Below, piece by piece: positions 1 to 9,824 of a DNA stretch of 20,000 nucleotides. Every line of letters starts with the position of its first letter. The first letter of the stretch is position 1. The position numbers were made by a program, and so were the translations under genes. The stretch lies in the NCBI GenBank assembly GCA_964632485.1, contig CAZWDO010000009.1, positions 134,319 to 154,318 of the forward strand. Reading direction: 5' to 3'. Under the pieces are notes generated by a model that did no database searches, was not told where the DNA came from, and worked only from the letters and a program-made list of their open reading frames with translations. This DNA comes from an uncultured bacterium (GTDB lineage: Bacteria > JAGOEH01).

Positions 1-2
1 CT

Positions 3-1028
3 CAAAATATGCTCAGAGTCAGATTTGAGCCAAGTAAATATTTCTTATTGTCTATTCTGAAGTCGGTATTGACAGTACTGATTCTATTTTCTTTTATTAT
101 GATATTTAAAAATAAGTTGATTTTTATATTTATGACATTTTTAAATGTCTCTTTATTAGTCACATTCTTAGGATTATTTATTAATTATAGGTATTTTAGC
201 ATTTCATTTTCTGCAAAATTGCTAAAAACAATACTATTGATTGGGCTGCCTTTCTGGCCAACATTAATTTTTACATGGTTGATAGACTCATCTAACATCT
301 TTTTCATAAAGCATTTTGTTTCTTTAGAAAGCTCAGCGGTATATTCATTTGGACATAAAATCGGCCAAATAGTATACTATATTGTCACTTCTTTCGCGAT
401 AGCCTGGATTCCAATTTCATTCAGAATTAAAGAAAATGAAGCAACTCCGCAATTAACTTTATCGCGGATTTTTAATTGGTACGTTTTGGTGCTATCTTCG
501 ATTTCATTGTTTCTCTGCATGATTAGCTATAGATTTATATATTTTTTTGCTAAAAGCGAGTATTATGCGGCTACATCCATTATTCCAATAATCGCTTTTG
601 GATACATAATGTATGGAGTATATTATTATTTTCTGACAGGAATACTATATTCAAAAAAACTTTATTTACAGACCTATACATTAATGGCAGCGGCTGTTTT
701 AAACATTCTTTTAAACCTATTTCTTGTACCGAAATTTACACTTATAGGTTCAAGTATAGCTTTGGTAATGTCTTATCTCACAGCGGCCTTAGTAGCGCTT
801 TACTTTTCACAAAAGCAGTTTTATATACCATATCAATTCAACAGATTAGCCAAATCAGTTGGATCAGTATTATTGACATATGGTATTTTTATCAAAATAG
901 ATAATTTAATCCCAAATATATATTTACATTTGTTCTTTGGAATAATTATTTATTTTGTGTTCATTAGCATACTAAAGCTTATTGATATTCGATCCCTATA
1001 CAATTCAGTAGTCAATGCCTACGGATAA
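3..1028 (+). CDS. wzx: Polysaccharide flippase / MOP-family oligosaccharide exporter (5'-partial)
   Basis: The frame is open to the window edge, so the ATG at 9 is probably internal. Multi-TM hydrophobic protein with RfbX-like C-terminal patterns (SAVYSFGHKIG; LNILLNLFLVPKFTLIGSSIA) in a glycan-cluster context. Confidence 0.85.
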   Translation, partial: QNMLRVRFEPSKYFLLSILKSVLTVLILFSFIMIFKNKLIFIFMTFLNVSLLVTFLGLFINYRYFSISFSAKLLKTILLIGLPFWPTLIFTWLIDSSNIFFIKHFVSLESSAVYSFGHKIGQIVYYIVTSFAIAWIPISFRIKENEATPQLTLSRIFNWYVLVLSSISLFLCMISYRFIYFFAKSEYYAATSIIPIIAFGYIMYGVYYYFLTGILYSKKLYLQTYTLMAAAVLNILLNLFLVPKFTLIGSSIALVMSYLTAALVALYFSQKQFYIPYQFNRLAKSVGSVLLTYGIFIKIDNLIPNIYLHLFFGIIIYFVFISILKLIDIRSLYNSVVNAYG

Positions 1029-1040
1029 TTCTTAAATTGA

Positions 1041-2066
1041 ATGAGGTTGAACATGGTTTATAAATGTATTAATTGTAATTCACAATTGATAGAACATATA
1101 GATTATCTTGATTGTGAAAAATGTAAAAGAACATACCCTAGAATATCGAAAGTACTTGTTTTTGATGATGAAAATGATCGGAACTGGAGCAATTTCTATG
1201 ATGATTGGCATGAGAATGTAACAAAAAAAAATATCGCAAAAGGAACCCCACGTATTTTATCTAAAATCAAAAAAAATATTTTGATAGAATCGTTTAAACG
1301 AGTTGGGTTTTACCATGAATATAGAAAAACAGCTTTTATAAAAGATGCCTTAAAAAAACAGAAATCATTACAAATACTGGATGTTGGATGCGGTAAAGGC
1401 AATCCCATTTTGAGCGCGTATGGAAATGTGTATGGGGTGGATTTAAGCATGAATGCATTGTTATATAATAATCATAATTTTAACTATACTGAATTAATAA
1501 AATGCAATATTTATACATTGCCTTTTTTTGATAACCAATTTGATTTGTTGGTGAATATTTTTGTGTTTGGTCATATTGAATTCAATAAAAAGGATGAACT
1601 TTTAAGAGAATTTTATCGGGTTTTGAAACCTGATGGACAATTGATCATGATTGTAGAAACAGACAACAACAATTTTGTATTAAGATTCGCAAAAAAATAC
1701 CCGGATATTTATCAAAACAGGGTAGTTATGCAATATGGACATATAGGCATGGAATCTGTAAAACAGACTATTGAAAGAATTAAAAATAATAATTTTATAA
1801 TTATTAAACGAAATAAAACGTGGGGGCCTTTATGGAGTATTAACGATTATATTGAAGTTTTTGATAATGAATATAAAGATAAATCTGTATTTATACGTCT
1901 ATTTATTCGTATTTGTAAGGTGCTTAAGAAAAATCGACTGGTTGAAATTGTTTTTAATGCATTGTTAGGTTTGCTATCAATGATTTATGATTCAATTACA
2001 AAGTTAGATAATTCGATGGGATTGATGATTTTTGCGAGAAAATTTAAAGCGGAGCTTTATGAATAA
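1041..2066 (+). CDS. Class I SAM-dependent methyltransferase with N-terminal Trm112-like Zn ribbon
   Basis: CINC...CEKC..YP at the N-terminus; motif I LDVGCGKG; LPFFDNQFD; RVLKPDG. Alternative start ATG 1053 follows GAGG at 1043-1046. Confidence 0.88.
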   Translation: MRLNMVYKCINCNSQLIEHIDYLDCEKCKRTYPRISKVLVFDDENDRNWSNFYDDWHENVTKKNIAKGTPRILSKIKKNILIESFKRVGFYHEYRKTAFIKDALKKQKSLQILDVGCGKGNPILSAYGNVYGVDLSMNALLYNNHNFNYTELIKCNIYTLPFFDNQFDLLVNIFVFGHIEFNKKDELLREFYRVLKPDGQLIMIVETDNNNFVLRFAKKYPDIYQNRVVMQYGHIGMESVKQTIERIKNNNFIIIKRNKTWGPLWSINDYIEVFDNEYKDKSVFIRLFIRICKVLKKNRLVEIVFNALLGLLSMIYDSITKLDNSMGLMIFARKFKAELYE

Positions 2067-2808
2067 AGAGTTTATTTTTACTTATGATCAATATATACAA
2101 TTCTTGAAATTCTCCTTAAATTATCGAAAATTTTCCTTTTTTAATTCTGAAGAACAGCAAGACATCTTTATATTAAGACATGATATTGATGTTTTTTTAC
2201 AGCCTGCGGTCAAGATTGCATTGCTCGAGAAGGAAATCGATATTTCGTCGACTTTTTTTTTATTACAGACTAGTCCTTGTTATAACCCAAATACACAAAA
2301 CAATCATAAAATGATAATGGAAATTATCAATCTTGATCATCAGATTGGATTGCATTTCGATCCTCTGGTATATCAAACTATCGATATAAATGTACTTTCA
2401 CAAAAACTGGCTCAAGAAAGAGATTGTTTGGAACAATTAATTGGGAGAAAAGTGAGTTGTTTCAGTTTGCATAATCCATCAGTATCAGGTCAAATGCCTC
2501 AATTAGATACTGACATGATAAATGCATATAGCATAAATTATTTTAATAATGATTCATATTTATCAGATTCTTGTCGAAATTTTCGGGGGAAGAACCCTTA
2601 TGACTTTGTACAGAAAGTAAAATCTAAGAAAGCCCAGCTTCTATTTCATCCATTTCATTTTTCAGAACACGAAGTAGGTTATAAGAAACTTTTTCTGAAT
2701 TATACTCAAAGATTTCTGGAGGATATTGATGAAGTATTTAGGATTAATTCTCAATACAATAGAGAATTACCTGATGGGTTATCAACAAATTTTATGAGAT
2801 GTCAGTAA
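2059..2808 (+). CDS. Polysaccharide deacetylase-like protein (NodB/CE4 fold, WbmS-like)
   Basis: Motifs LRHDID, STFFLL, IGLHFD, SLHNPS, YLSDS, QLLFHP. Start moved from 2032 to ATG 2059 (GGAG at 2051-2054; 8-nt overlap with the upstream gene). Confidence 0.75.
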   Translation: MNKEFIFTYDQYIQFLKFSLNYRKFSFFNSEEQQDIFILRHDIDVFLQPAVKIALLEKEIDISSTFFLLQTSPCYNPNTQNNHKMIMEIINLDHQIGLHFDPLVYQTIDINVLSQKLAQERDCLEQLIGRKVSCFSLHNPSVSGQMPQLDTDMINAYSINYFNNDSYLSDSCRNFRGKNPYDFVQKVKSKKAQLLFHPFHFSEHEVGYKKLFLNYTQRFLEDIDEVFRINSQYNRELPDGLSTNFMRCQ

Positions 2809-3732
2809 ATGATTATTTTAGCAAATACAATAATCCATAGATTTAAAGATATAATCAAAATCGTTGGTGACTTCAATGATATTGAGATTTCAGGAATTTC
2901 AGCAATCGCCAATGCTCATGAAAATCATTTAACATGGATTCACCCTAAAAAGCCAAACAAAAGTGAAATTATTCTAAATACGAAGTCACGGTTAATTATA
3001 ACAGATGAATCTATTGAAGAAGAAATTTGTAAAGCATATAAAAAATGCTTGATTGTAAATTCTAACCCAAAATTGTTATTCACTGAAATCGCTAATCTTT
3101 TTTTTTCAAACCAGCAGAAGTATGAAATATGTGCTGACACTCATATCCATTCAGATGCCAAAATATCAAAAGAGGTCTATATTGGCCCGAATACAATTAT
3201 TGGAAGAGCTACAATTGGCAAAAATGTAAGAATATTGGGAAATGTCTATATCAGTGATAATACTTATATTGGTGACAATGTAACGATATCTGCTGGATCG
3301 GTAATTGGTTCGGAAGGTTTTGGTTACACGAGAAACATTGATGGTAAATTTGTAAATTTCCCTCAAATTGGTGGAGTAATTATTAGCGATAATGTTGATA
3401 TTGGTCCCAATAGCTGTATTGACAGAGGGGCGCTATCAGATACAATCATCGAAGAGAATACTAAAATAGGCCATTTGGTTTATATTGCGCATAATTCAAA
3501 AATCGGAAAAAGTAATTTGTTAATTGCCAATATTGTTATATCAGGAAGTGTTACAACGGGAGATGAAGTTTACATTGCACCAGGTGTTGTAATTTCAGAT
3601 AATATTAGCATTGGAAATAACTGCTTTGTTGGAATTGGAACAATTGTCACAAAATCGATTCGTGATAACAAGCGAATTTTATCACGGAATATTGAAATTA
3701 TTGAATTGGATCAACATACATTTAAAAAGTAA
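2809..3732 (+). CDS. LpxD-like hexapeptide-repeat N-acyltransferase (cluster-associated paralog)
   Basis: LpxD-type N-terminal domain; GSEGFGY; PQIGGV; IDRGALSDT; IAHN; [LIV]G hexapeptide repeats. Starts immediately after the upstream stop (TAA ATG). Confidence 0.85.
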   Translation: MIILANTIIHRFKDIIKIVGDFNDIEISGISAIANAHENHLTWIHPKKPNKSEIILNTKSRLIITDESIEEEICKAYKKCLIVNSNPKLLFTEIANLFFSNQQKYEICADTHIHSDAKISKEVYIGPNTIIGRATIGKNVRILGNVYISDNTYIGDNVTISAGSVIGSEGFGYTRNIDGKFVNFPQIGGVIISDNVDIGPNSCIDRGALSDTIIEENTKIGHLVYIAHNSKIGKSNLLIANIVISGSVTTGDEVYIAPGVVISDNISIGNNCFVGIGTIVTKSIRDNKRILSRNIEIIELDQHTFKK

Positions 3733-3749
3733 CTGTTCAATAGCTTTCT

Positions 3750-4050
3750 AAGAATAAACTAATCAATCGAGCGAACTCCCTGAATTTTATTGGGGTGCTA
3801 ATATGGATTCTCAACAAGTATGACCATTATAACAAAATCTATCTGAGAATGTTGATAATTCGGTAAGGCATAAATCTAGGAGGGTAAGGAATTTTCTTGA
3901 AATGCAATTGAAGCAGGATTTGGACTATTTTTCACGTTATTACCTGGAACTGAATCCGAACCAAAGAGAATAGCATGAATTGAGTCAATTAAAAACACTC
4001 AACCGCCAGTTTGGGATGTAATTGAAGATCATTTCAATTCAAAGAAAATA
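3750..4050 (+). pseudogene. Degenerate IS630-family transposase remnant (DDE_3 C-terminal part)
   Basis: Hand translation gives NSLNFIGVLIWILNKYDHYNKIYL from 3774, then after a frameshift VDNSVRHKSRRVRNFLEMQLKQDLDYFSRYYLELNPNQRE*HELSQLKTLNRQF from 3851. This matches the IS630 pattern KIYL..DN...HKS..V..FL....Y.PELNP.E..W. Ends are approximate. Confidence 0.65.
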
Positions 4051-4131
4051 ACAAACAATCATTTTTTATGTCAAGTCATTTAATGGAATTTAAATTTTTA
4101 AAGCAATCCAAATAACAAACTACAGACAATC

Positions 4132-5589
4132 ATGGCATTCAACTCAATTCAGTTTTTCGTATTTGTTTTATTCATTTTTATTGTTTATTACTGGGTAAAA
4201 CCCAAGGCTGGAATGCTGGTTTTAGCAGTTGGAAGTTTTCTTTTCTATTTAACGTTTCAGAGTCTGATTTCCACATTGGTATTGGGCAGTGTTATTACGA
4301 TAGCCTATATCTCTGGTCTTCGTATTGAAAAATGCCAATCACCCGCGGGCAAAAAGCTTTGGCTGTTCGGGGGCATAGCGCTGATTCTCGCTGCTCTGAT
4401 TTACTTTAAGTATGGTTCTTTTATTTATAATCTCTATATTACGAATCTGATTCAGGAAAACACCTCAACCGGCACATCCTCGTATCTGGCAGTCATTGGC
4501 ATATCATATTTTACATTTCAAGCTATATCATATATTGTGGATATATATTTAGGAGTTAGTACCGCGGAAGCAAACCCTTTGGCTCTCTTCCTATATTTTG
4601 GTTTCTTTGCTAAAGTGCTCCAAGGTCCAATCGAGCGCGGAAAGAGTTTTCTTACACAAATCCGAGGAAGGGAGAATTTTGAATATTCAATGGTATTGAG
4701 TGGTTTTTTACTATTCATGTACGGCTTAGTTAAGAAGATTTTAATTGCCGATAATATGGCCAGTTTTGTTGATCCTATTTTTGATTCGGCTTCAACTCAA
4801 TCAGGGTCGCAATTGTTGGCAGCTATTAATTTCTATTCACTTCAAATTTATTTTGATTTTTCAGGTTATACGGATATGGCGCTGGGAGTCGCGAGATTGT
4901 TCAATATTAGGCTTACTGATAACTTTCATAATCCCTATTTCGCGACAAGCATCGCTGATTTTTGGCGTCGCTGGCATATATCATTGTCCAGATGGTTGAT
5001 GGATTATCTGTTCAAACCGATTCAGATGAAATTCAGAAACTTGAAACAATATAGTACGATAATAGCTGTTTTCATTACATTTGCCATATGCGGTTTGTGG
5101 CATGGCGCTGCATTGCATTACATTGTTTGGGGCTGTTTGCATGGGATAGTGATGATTCTGGGGATTATGACCCAACCATTTCGGGCCGATTTAGCAACGC
5201 AATTTAAGAGACTAAATAAGCGTTTTATAACAGTATGGAGAATATTTATTACATATAATATAGTCACTTTTTTATGGATTTTCTTTCGTTCAAAATCGCT
5301 GGTTGCTGCTTTGGATAACTTTAAGGCGATTTTTTTCAGGTTTGAACTCGGGAGCTTAGACCTTAGTTTTTTCAATGGATCTGTTTTCATAGCAGCATGG
5401 ATTATTCTGATCATTGAGTATTTGAATTGGCCTCAGCGTTTTATTCAATTGTTCAGTAACCAAAAGTTAACATTTTTTAAGCACTTTTCCTATGCTTTCA
5501 TTTATTACGCAATTATTTTGTTTTTATTTATCATAATGTACTCATTTACCATAAATACAAATCAACCTTTCATTTACGTGCAGTTTTAA
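4132..5589 (+). CDS. algI: MBOAT family O-acyltransferase (AlgI/PatA/DltB-like)
   Basis: GISYFTFQAISY; QGPIER; YFDFSGYTDMA; FWRRWHISLS; GLWHGA (catalytic His); C-terminal PFIYVQF. The symbol is a family-level label only. Confidence 0.93.
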   Translation: MAFNSIQFFVFVLFIFIVYYWVKPKAGMLVLAVGSFLFYLTFQSLISTLVLGSVITIAYISGLRIEKCQSPAGKKLWLFGGIALILAALIYFKYGSFIYNLYITNLIQENTSTGTSSYLAVIGISYFTFQAISYIVDIYLGVSTAEANPLALFLYFGFFAKVLQGPIERGKSFLTQIRGRENFEYSMVLSGFLLFMYGLVKKILIADNMASFVDPIFDSASTQSGSQLLAAINFYSLQIYFDFSGYTDMALGVARLFNIRLTDNFHNPYFATSIADFWRRWHISLSRWLMDYLFKPIQMKFRNLKQYSTIIAVFITFAICGLWHGAALHYIVWGCLHGIVMILGIMTQPFRADLATQFKRLNKRFITVWRIFITYNIVTFLWIFFRSKSLVAALDNFKAIFFRFELGSLDLSFFNGSVFIAAWIILIIEYLNWPQRFIQLFSNQKLTFFKHFSYAFIYYAIILFLFIIMYSFTINTNQPFIYVQF

Positions 5590-6617
5590 TGATGACGGAC
5601 CGGATAAAGCTCAGTCTCGCTACTTTTTTTGCATTTGTGTCATTTTTAATTATGTTCGGGTTCATGCTGCTTGTTTTCGATCAGTTGTTGCATCGAAAAT
5701 TCGACAAAATCGCCGGATTGAATTATAAAGGTTATCGGGGAGAAATCCGCAAGGAGAAAGCCTCCGACGAATTGCGTATTGCGATGTTCGGAGGTAGCCC
5801 GCTTTGGGGCTATGGTGTCTATTATTGGGAGGCCATTCCACATGTTTTGGAGAAAAAACTACAACATCATGTGGACTCCTTGGGGTTAAATAGGAGAATT
5901 ACGGTTTTCAACTTAGGATATAACAATGAAGGTATCTATGCCATCTATAATAATATGCAGGATTTCCGGTTTTTGGATTATGATATCGCTATCATATTTA
6001 CAGGCTATGATGATTTGGGGATTGGCAATACTACAAATTTCAGACGAGAGAATTTATTCTTTAAATACTTTAAATATATGCCGATTTTGCCAGTATATTT
6101 AAGCGAAAAGATCATGTTGTTAAAGTCGGATGGAAATCTTGAGGATGCATACTGGGGCACTAACCAAAAAGCGCAGGCTGATGTTGACCATAATCTTCAC
6201 GTAAATGCTCTTGCCAATATCCTCTCGGTTTATAATTCCACTGAAAATGTATTGAAGAGAATTGGAAAAGTTCAGAAACAGTATCTTGTTGATTTTGATC
6301 TTAAAAATGATAAATGGGCTTGGATGAAATACTATTTAAGACAGAGCATTGATTATTCGGTGGAAGATGGTGTACAGGTTCTTATTATTACTGAACCGGT
6401 ATTCACGGAAGAGTGTCTTGAACAACAGAAAATCATGAAAGCAGTTGTAGATGAAGCGGTCGATGAAAGTGGAATGGTTCATTTTATCGATCTAGGCTCT
6501 CGGATCGAACTGAATGATGATTTATTGATTGACGGTGTGCATTTTTCCACCAAAGGATGTAAAATTCTTGCTGATTCGATGGTTAACAGCATTCTGCCTT
6601 GGGTTGAACTAAAATGA
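5589..6617 (+). CDS. Membrane-anchored SGNH/GDSL hydrolase-fold protein (putative acyltransferase partner of the MBOAT)
   Basis: N-terminal TM helix; block I FGGS; block II VFNLG; block III GYDD; block V DGVH. TAATG overlap with the MBOAT stop. Confidence 0.85.
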   Translation: MMTDRIKLSLATFFAFVSFLIMFGFMLLVFDQLLHRKFDKIAGLNYKGYRGEIRKEKASDELRIAMFGGSPLWGYGVYYWEAIPHVLEKKLQHHVDSLGLNRRITVFNLGYNNEGIYAIYNNMQDFRFLDYDIAIIFTGYDDLGIGNTTNFRRENLFFKYFKYMPILPVYLSEKIMLLKSDGNLEDAYWGTNQKAQADVDHNLHVNALANILSVYNSTENVLKRIGKVQKQYLVDFDLKNDKWAWMKYYLRQSIDYSVEDGVQVLIITEPVFTEECLEQQKIMKAVVDEAVDESGMVHFIDLGSRIELNDDLLIDGVHFSTKGCKILADSMVNSILPWVELK

Positions 6618-7906
6618 AGAAACTACTTCGTTATTATACTCAAAAAATGAAAAATCTGACGCTAAATCAGAAGATAGTTTGGATAATCGCAATCGGGTTT
6701 TTGCTTCGCTTTGGCTATATTACATTTTGTACTCAGCTCCCGTTGGGCGGGGATACAACCGGCACCTATAAACCGATTGCCTTGAGTCTTACTCATGGAG
6801 ATGGGTTCCATGATCCATTACGAAATGCGCCGACTTTACGCACAGGTCCTGTTTACCCGCTCTTCTTGGGGGCGGTTTATTGGCTTTTCGGTGAAGAGGA
6901 TTATTGGGTCAGGTTCTTCCAGTCACTGATCTCGGCGTTAATGATTTATATAGTGTTTTTAACTGCTCAAAAATTGTTTATGGATGAACGTATAAGCCTT
7001 TTAGCGAGTTGGGTTACCGCTTTTTATCCTGCTTTTATCGGGTATAGCGGTATCCTCCTTACTGAAACGTTATCTGCATTTATGACAATATGGTTTATCT
7101 ACTGCTTCATAATTTACTGGAAGGATCAATCAATTAGTAATTCTATTAGCCTGGGAATGCTGGCGGGGGGATTGATTTTGTTAAGAGGTGAAATGCTAGG
7201 TGTAATAATGATAATATTAGTGATATCTTTTTTTTATAATATAAAGTGCAAAACCCTTAAAAATACTAAGTTAGTAGTGTTGACAATGCTACTATTATTA
7301 ATCCCTTGGACTGTTAGGAACTATAGATTGACACATAGAATATTGCCAGTTGCGGCGATTGATGGGATTGCTCTGTGGTGTGTCGCAGGTAACAATGATA
7401 TACTTGAGTATCGAAATGCCGAGAATGAAATTTTACTATCAGATTCATTGGTAGAAATTCAAATAAACAATGTTTTCAGAAAGAAATCCTTTGCGGAAAT
7501 TAAAAAACATCCATATTCATATTTTATTAAGAATGGAATCCGGCGGATTGCAAGATTCTGGTTAGGTGGTCATTCAAATGCATTTATATGGGGGCAAATT
7601 TCATTTGAACAAGCTTATTATCAATCTAGCTATATTACATTGTTATTTAAAACGTTGTTATTGTTAATCAACACTACATTAATTGGATTGGGGATGTATG
7701 GACTGGTATCATCAATGTTGGCCAATCCTAGGGTGCTGCCTGTTATTGTTGGAATTATGCTTGTTGTTTTAGGAAAAAATTTTATGCACTATTTATTTTA
7801 TTCATCCAACCGCTATCATCTTATGCTATTGCCAATTTTAATCATTTTTGCGTCAAGTATCATAGTTCAATTTACCAAATATAAAATTAAAAAGCTTATT
7901 GTCTAA
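6614..7906 (+). CDS. GT-C integral-membrane glycosyltransferase (ArnT/PMT_2-like)
   Basis: Asp in the first loop (GGDT); GPVYPLFL; LLTETL; PWTVRNY; C-terminal RYH..LP; many TM segments. ATGA overlap with the SGNH gene. Confidence 0.82.
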   Translation: MKKLLRYYTQKMKNLTLNQKIVWIIAIGFLLRFGYITFCTQLPLGGDTTGTYKPIALSLTHGDGFHDPLRNAPTLRTGPVYPLFLGAVYWLFGEEDYWVRFFQSLISALMIYIVFLTAQKLFMDERISLLASWVTAFYPAFIGYSGILLTETLSAFMTIWFIYCFIIYWKDQSISNSISLGMLAGGLILLRGEMLGVIMIILVISFFYNIKCKTLKNTKLVVLTMLLLLIPWTVRNYRLTHRILPVAAIDGIALWCVAGNNDILEYRNAENEILLSDSLVEIQINNVFRKKSFAEIKKHPYSYFIKNGIRRIARFWLGGHSNAFIWGQISFEQAYYQSSYITLLFKTLLLLINTTLIGLGMYGLVSSMLANPRVLPVIVGIMLVVLGKNFMHYLFYSSNRYHLMLLPILIIFASSIIVQFTKYKIKKLIV

Positions 7907-7998
7907 TAATTGAAAGTAACTTTGCGACGAATGTATCAATTTTATATGGGTGGCAAGCGGCATATGTATTGAATCAGGAAATTGTATGCTAAAAAAAT

Positions 7999-9431
7999 GG
8001 CTCGTTGGCAATTTAGGTGGGTGAATAGTGGGGGTTGGCATGGTTGAAATTAAGTTTGCCTGTTATAAGGTAAATAATTGTGATGAAGTTTTTGATTTTC
8101 CGATATCCTCTGGCTTTGGCTCGGGCGGCCTGAATCACTGAATTGAATCCTTCCAGCAAACCATTGTTTATTTAGCGCAATTTTCAGTTGACAATACCGG
8201 ACCAATGCGCCCGGATGGTTTTAACGACCTCCTTCATACGCTCCAACCGGCTGTGCATCACCCAACTGCACTAGGATTTCAGTCTGGCTTCGAACTCATC
8301 CGGCGAGTGTGATTGGTAAATATCCTGAAAGTGTTCCCCATGTGGAATGCTTTGACTGTTTTCAATTTCGTCCGGCTCATTTCGGTCCTGCCGAGGTGTT
8401 GCATCTGTCGTTCCGTCAGGTTTTCCCGATTTTTCAAAAACAGATATCGGCTTTTCTTCAATATGGATTCATATCGGCCTTCATCCCTGCGGATATCATC
8501 GACAGCCCGGTTCAGAATCTGCATAATGTGAAACCGATCAAAGACGATTTCGGCTTCGCTGAATTCCTGACCGATTCCTTTGAAAACCGCCTTGGACATA
8601 TCGCAGATGAACTGCCGAATCTTTTCCGGTTTCCCGTTATGCTCGATCAGATTTTCCTTTAATGCCTCCACCCTTTAGCTGTTTTAGTCTTCCGTCACAT
8701 ACAAGGTCCGCTTTTGGTCCATGTCCGCAACAAGATCACATACTGATGGCCTCGCTTGCTCTTCGTCTCATCGATACCGATTCGTTGAACGTCTTTGTCA
8801 TTGCGTTCTCGCCACGATTGATTCACATATAAATCCAGCAGCTTCTACAACTTTTTGCCGGAAACATGCGCCAGACGACAAACATCTTTGGCGGCCATCT
8901 GGCCGCTCAACAGCAGCAATATCGCTTCGAACAGCATGTTAAATCCATTCATCAATCTTGACCGGGGACTCGAACCAATCGGATACCTTTCCTAACCTGA
9001 CCTTCACTCGGGGCGTCCACGCCTTGATGTAAAACTCATATTCAAAGAAATTTAAATGACGCCACTCCTTAAATTCCGTATCATACGCCTTGTAATGTCC
9101 CCGAATGCTTTTTTCGGACTCTAATTTTAAAACTTCAAATCCCGATTAAAATTAACCTCTATATTGAACCGCTTCACCGCTTCGTCCAGCTTGATCGATT
9201 CTACATACCAGGGATTCTCAATAGGGAATGCCATGGCAAAAAGCTGTTCCTTCGTCAACTCCATGGTTCGAGCCTTTTAGTTTCAATTCAATGATGGAAC
9301 TGCGCAACACTGGTATTATTTTACAAAAATTAGGCTTTGATAGAGTCAATGATTTCATTATTTTTAACACCTTTTTGAAAAACACTTTCCTGTTTCTAAT
9401 ACTATTCCCCCGCCTAAATTGTCAAAAAGCC
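7999..9431 (-). mobile_element. ISL3-family insertion sequence, decayed (1433 bp)
   Basis: Terminal IRs GGCTCGTTGGCAATTTAGGTGGGTGAATAGT (7999-8029) and the reverse complement of 9401-9431, GGCTTTTTGACAATTTAGGCGGGGGAATAGT, match at 26/31. The GGCT ends are typical of ISL3. Confidence 0.9.
8013..9264 (-). pseudogene. ISL3 transposase pseudogene (multiple frameshifts and stops)
   Basis: Fragments MELTKEQLFAMAFPIENPWYV (ATG 9264), YDTEFKEWRHLNFFEY, ICDMS...FDRFH...LKKSRYLFLKN (ORF 8279-8671), and ARAKARGYR...YLITGKLNF...PT* (stop 8013-8015). Confidence 0.88.
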
Positions 9432-9759
9432 TAAATTTAAAACCTAATGATATTGATTCCGAATGAATGCTAATCAATATCCTTGGTGCGAAAGGAAAGA
9501 AAGACAGGATAACGCTGCTTTCAGAAAACCTTTTACAATTATTGCGACAGTATTATAAAGAATACCGGCCCAAGAAATATCATTTTTGAAGGGCAAGATG
9601 GAGAGAAGTATTCCCCAACCAGTGTAGCTAATATTTTGAAGAAAGTATCATTAAAAGCTGGCATTCGTAAAACTGTTACACCACACATGTTGCGTCACAG
9701 TTTTGCAACGCACCTGCTGGAACAAGGAATTGATTTAAGGTATATTCAAGAATTATTAG
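9432..9759 (+). pseudogene. Internal fragment of a tyrosine recombinase (XerD/phage-integrase family)
   Basis: [30 protein letters not shown]...YRPKKY, frameshift near 9585, then FEGQ...[34 protein letters not shown]. HxxR is present. The box I Arg and the terminal His/Tyr are cut off by the flanking IS ends. Confidence 0.9.
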
Positions 9760-9824
9760 TGTTTTGCTTCAGATGAAAATGGAGAGTGCTGCCTGATTCC
9801 CGCTAAACCGGGAAGGAGCTTCTT

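Noticed and set aside
8309..9434. Plus-strand ORFs 8309-8662, 8313-8531, 8721-8942, 9228-9434
   Set aside because: Antisense to the decayed ISL3 transposase; no independent evidence of passenger genes.
9432..9759. Integron integrase with a cassette array
   Set aside because: The spacing from YRPKKY/FEGQ to HMLRHSF is short and lacks the IntI-specific insertion. I saw no repeated attC-like palindromes between genes, and the genes are translationally coupled rather than cassette-like.
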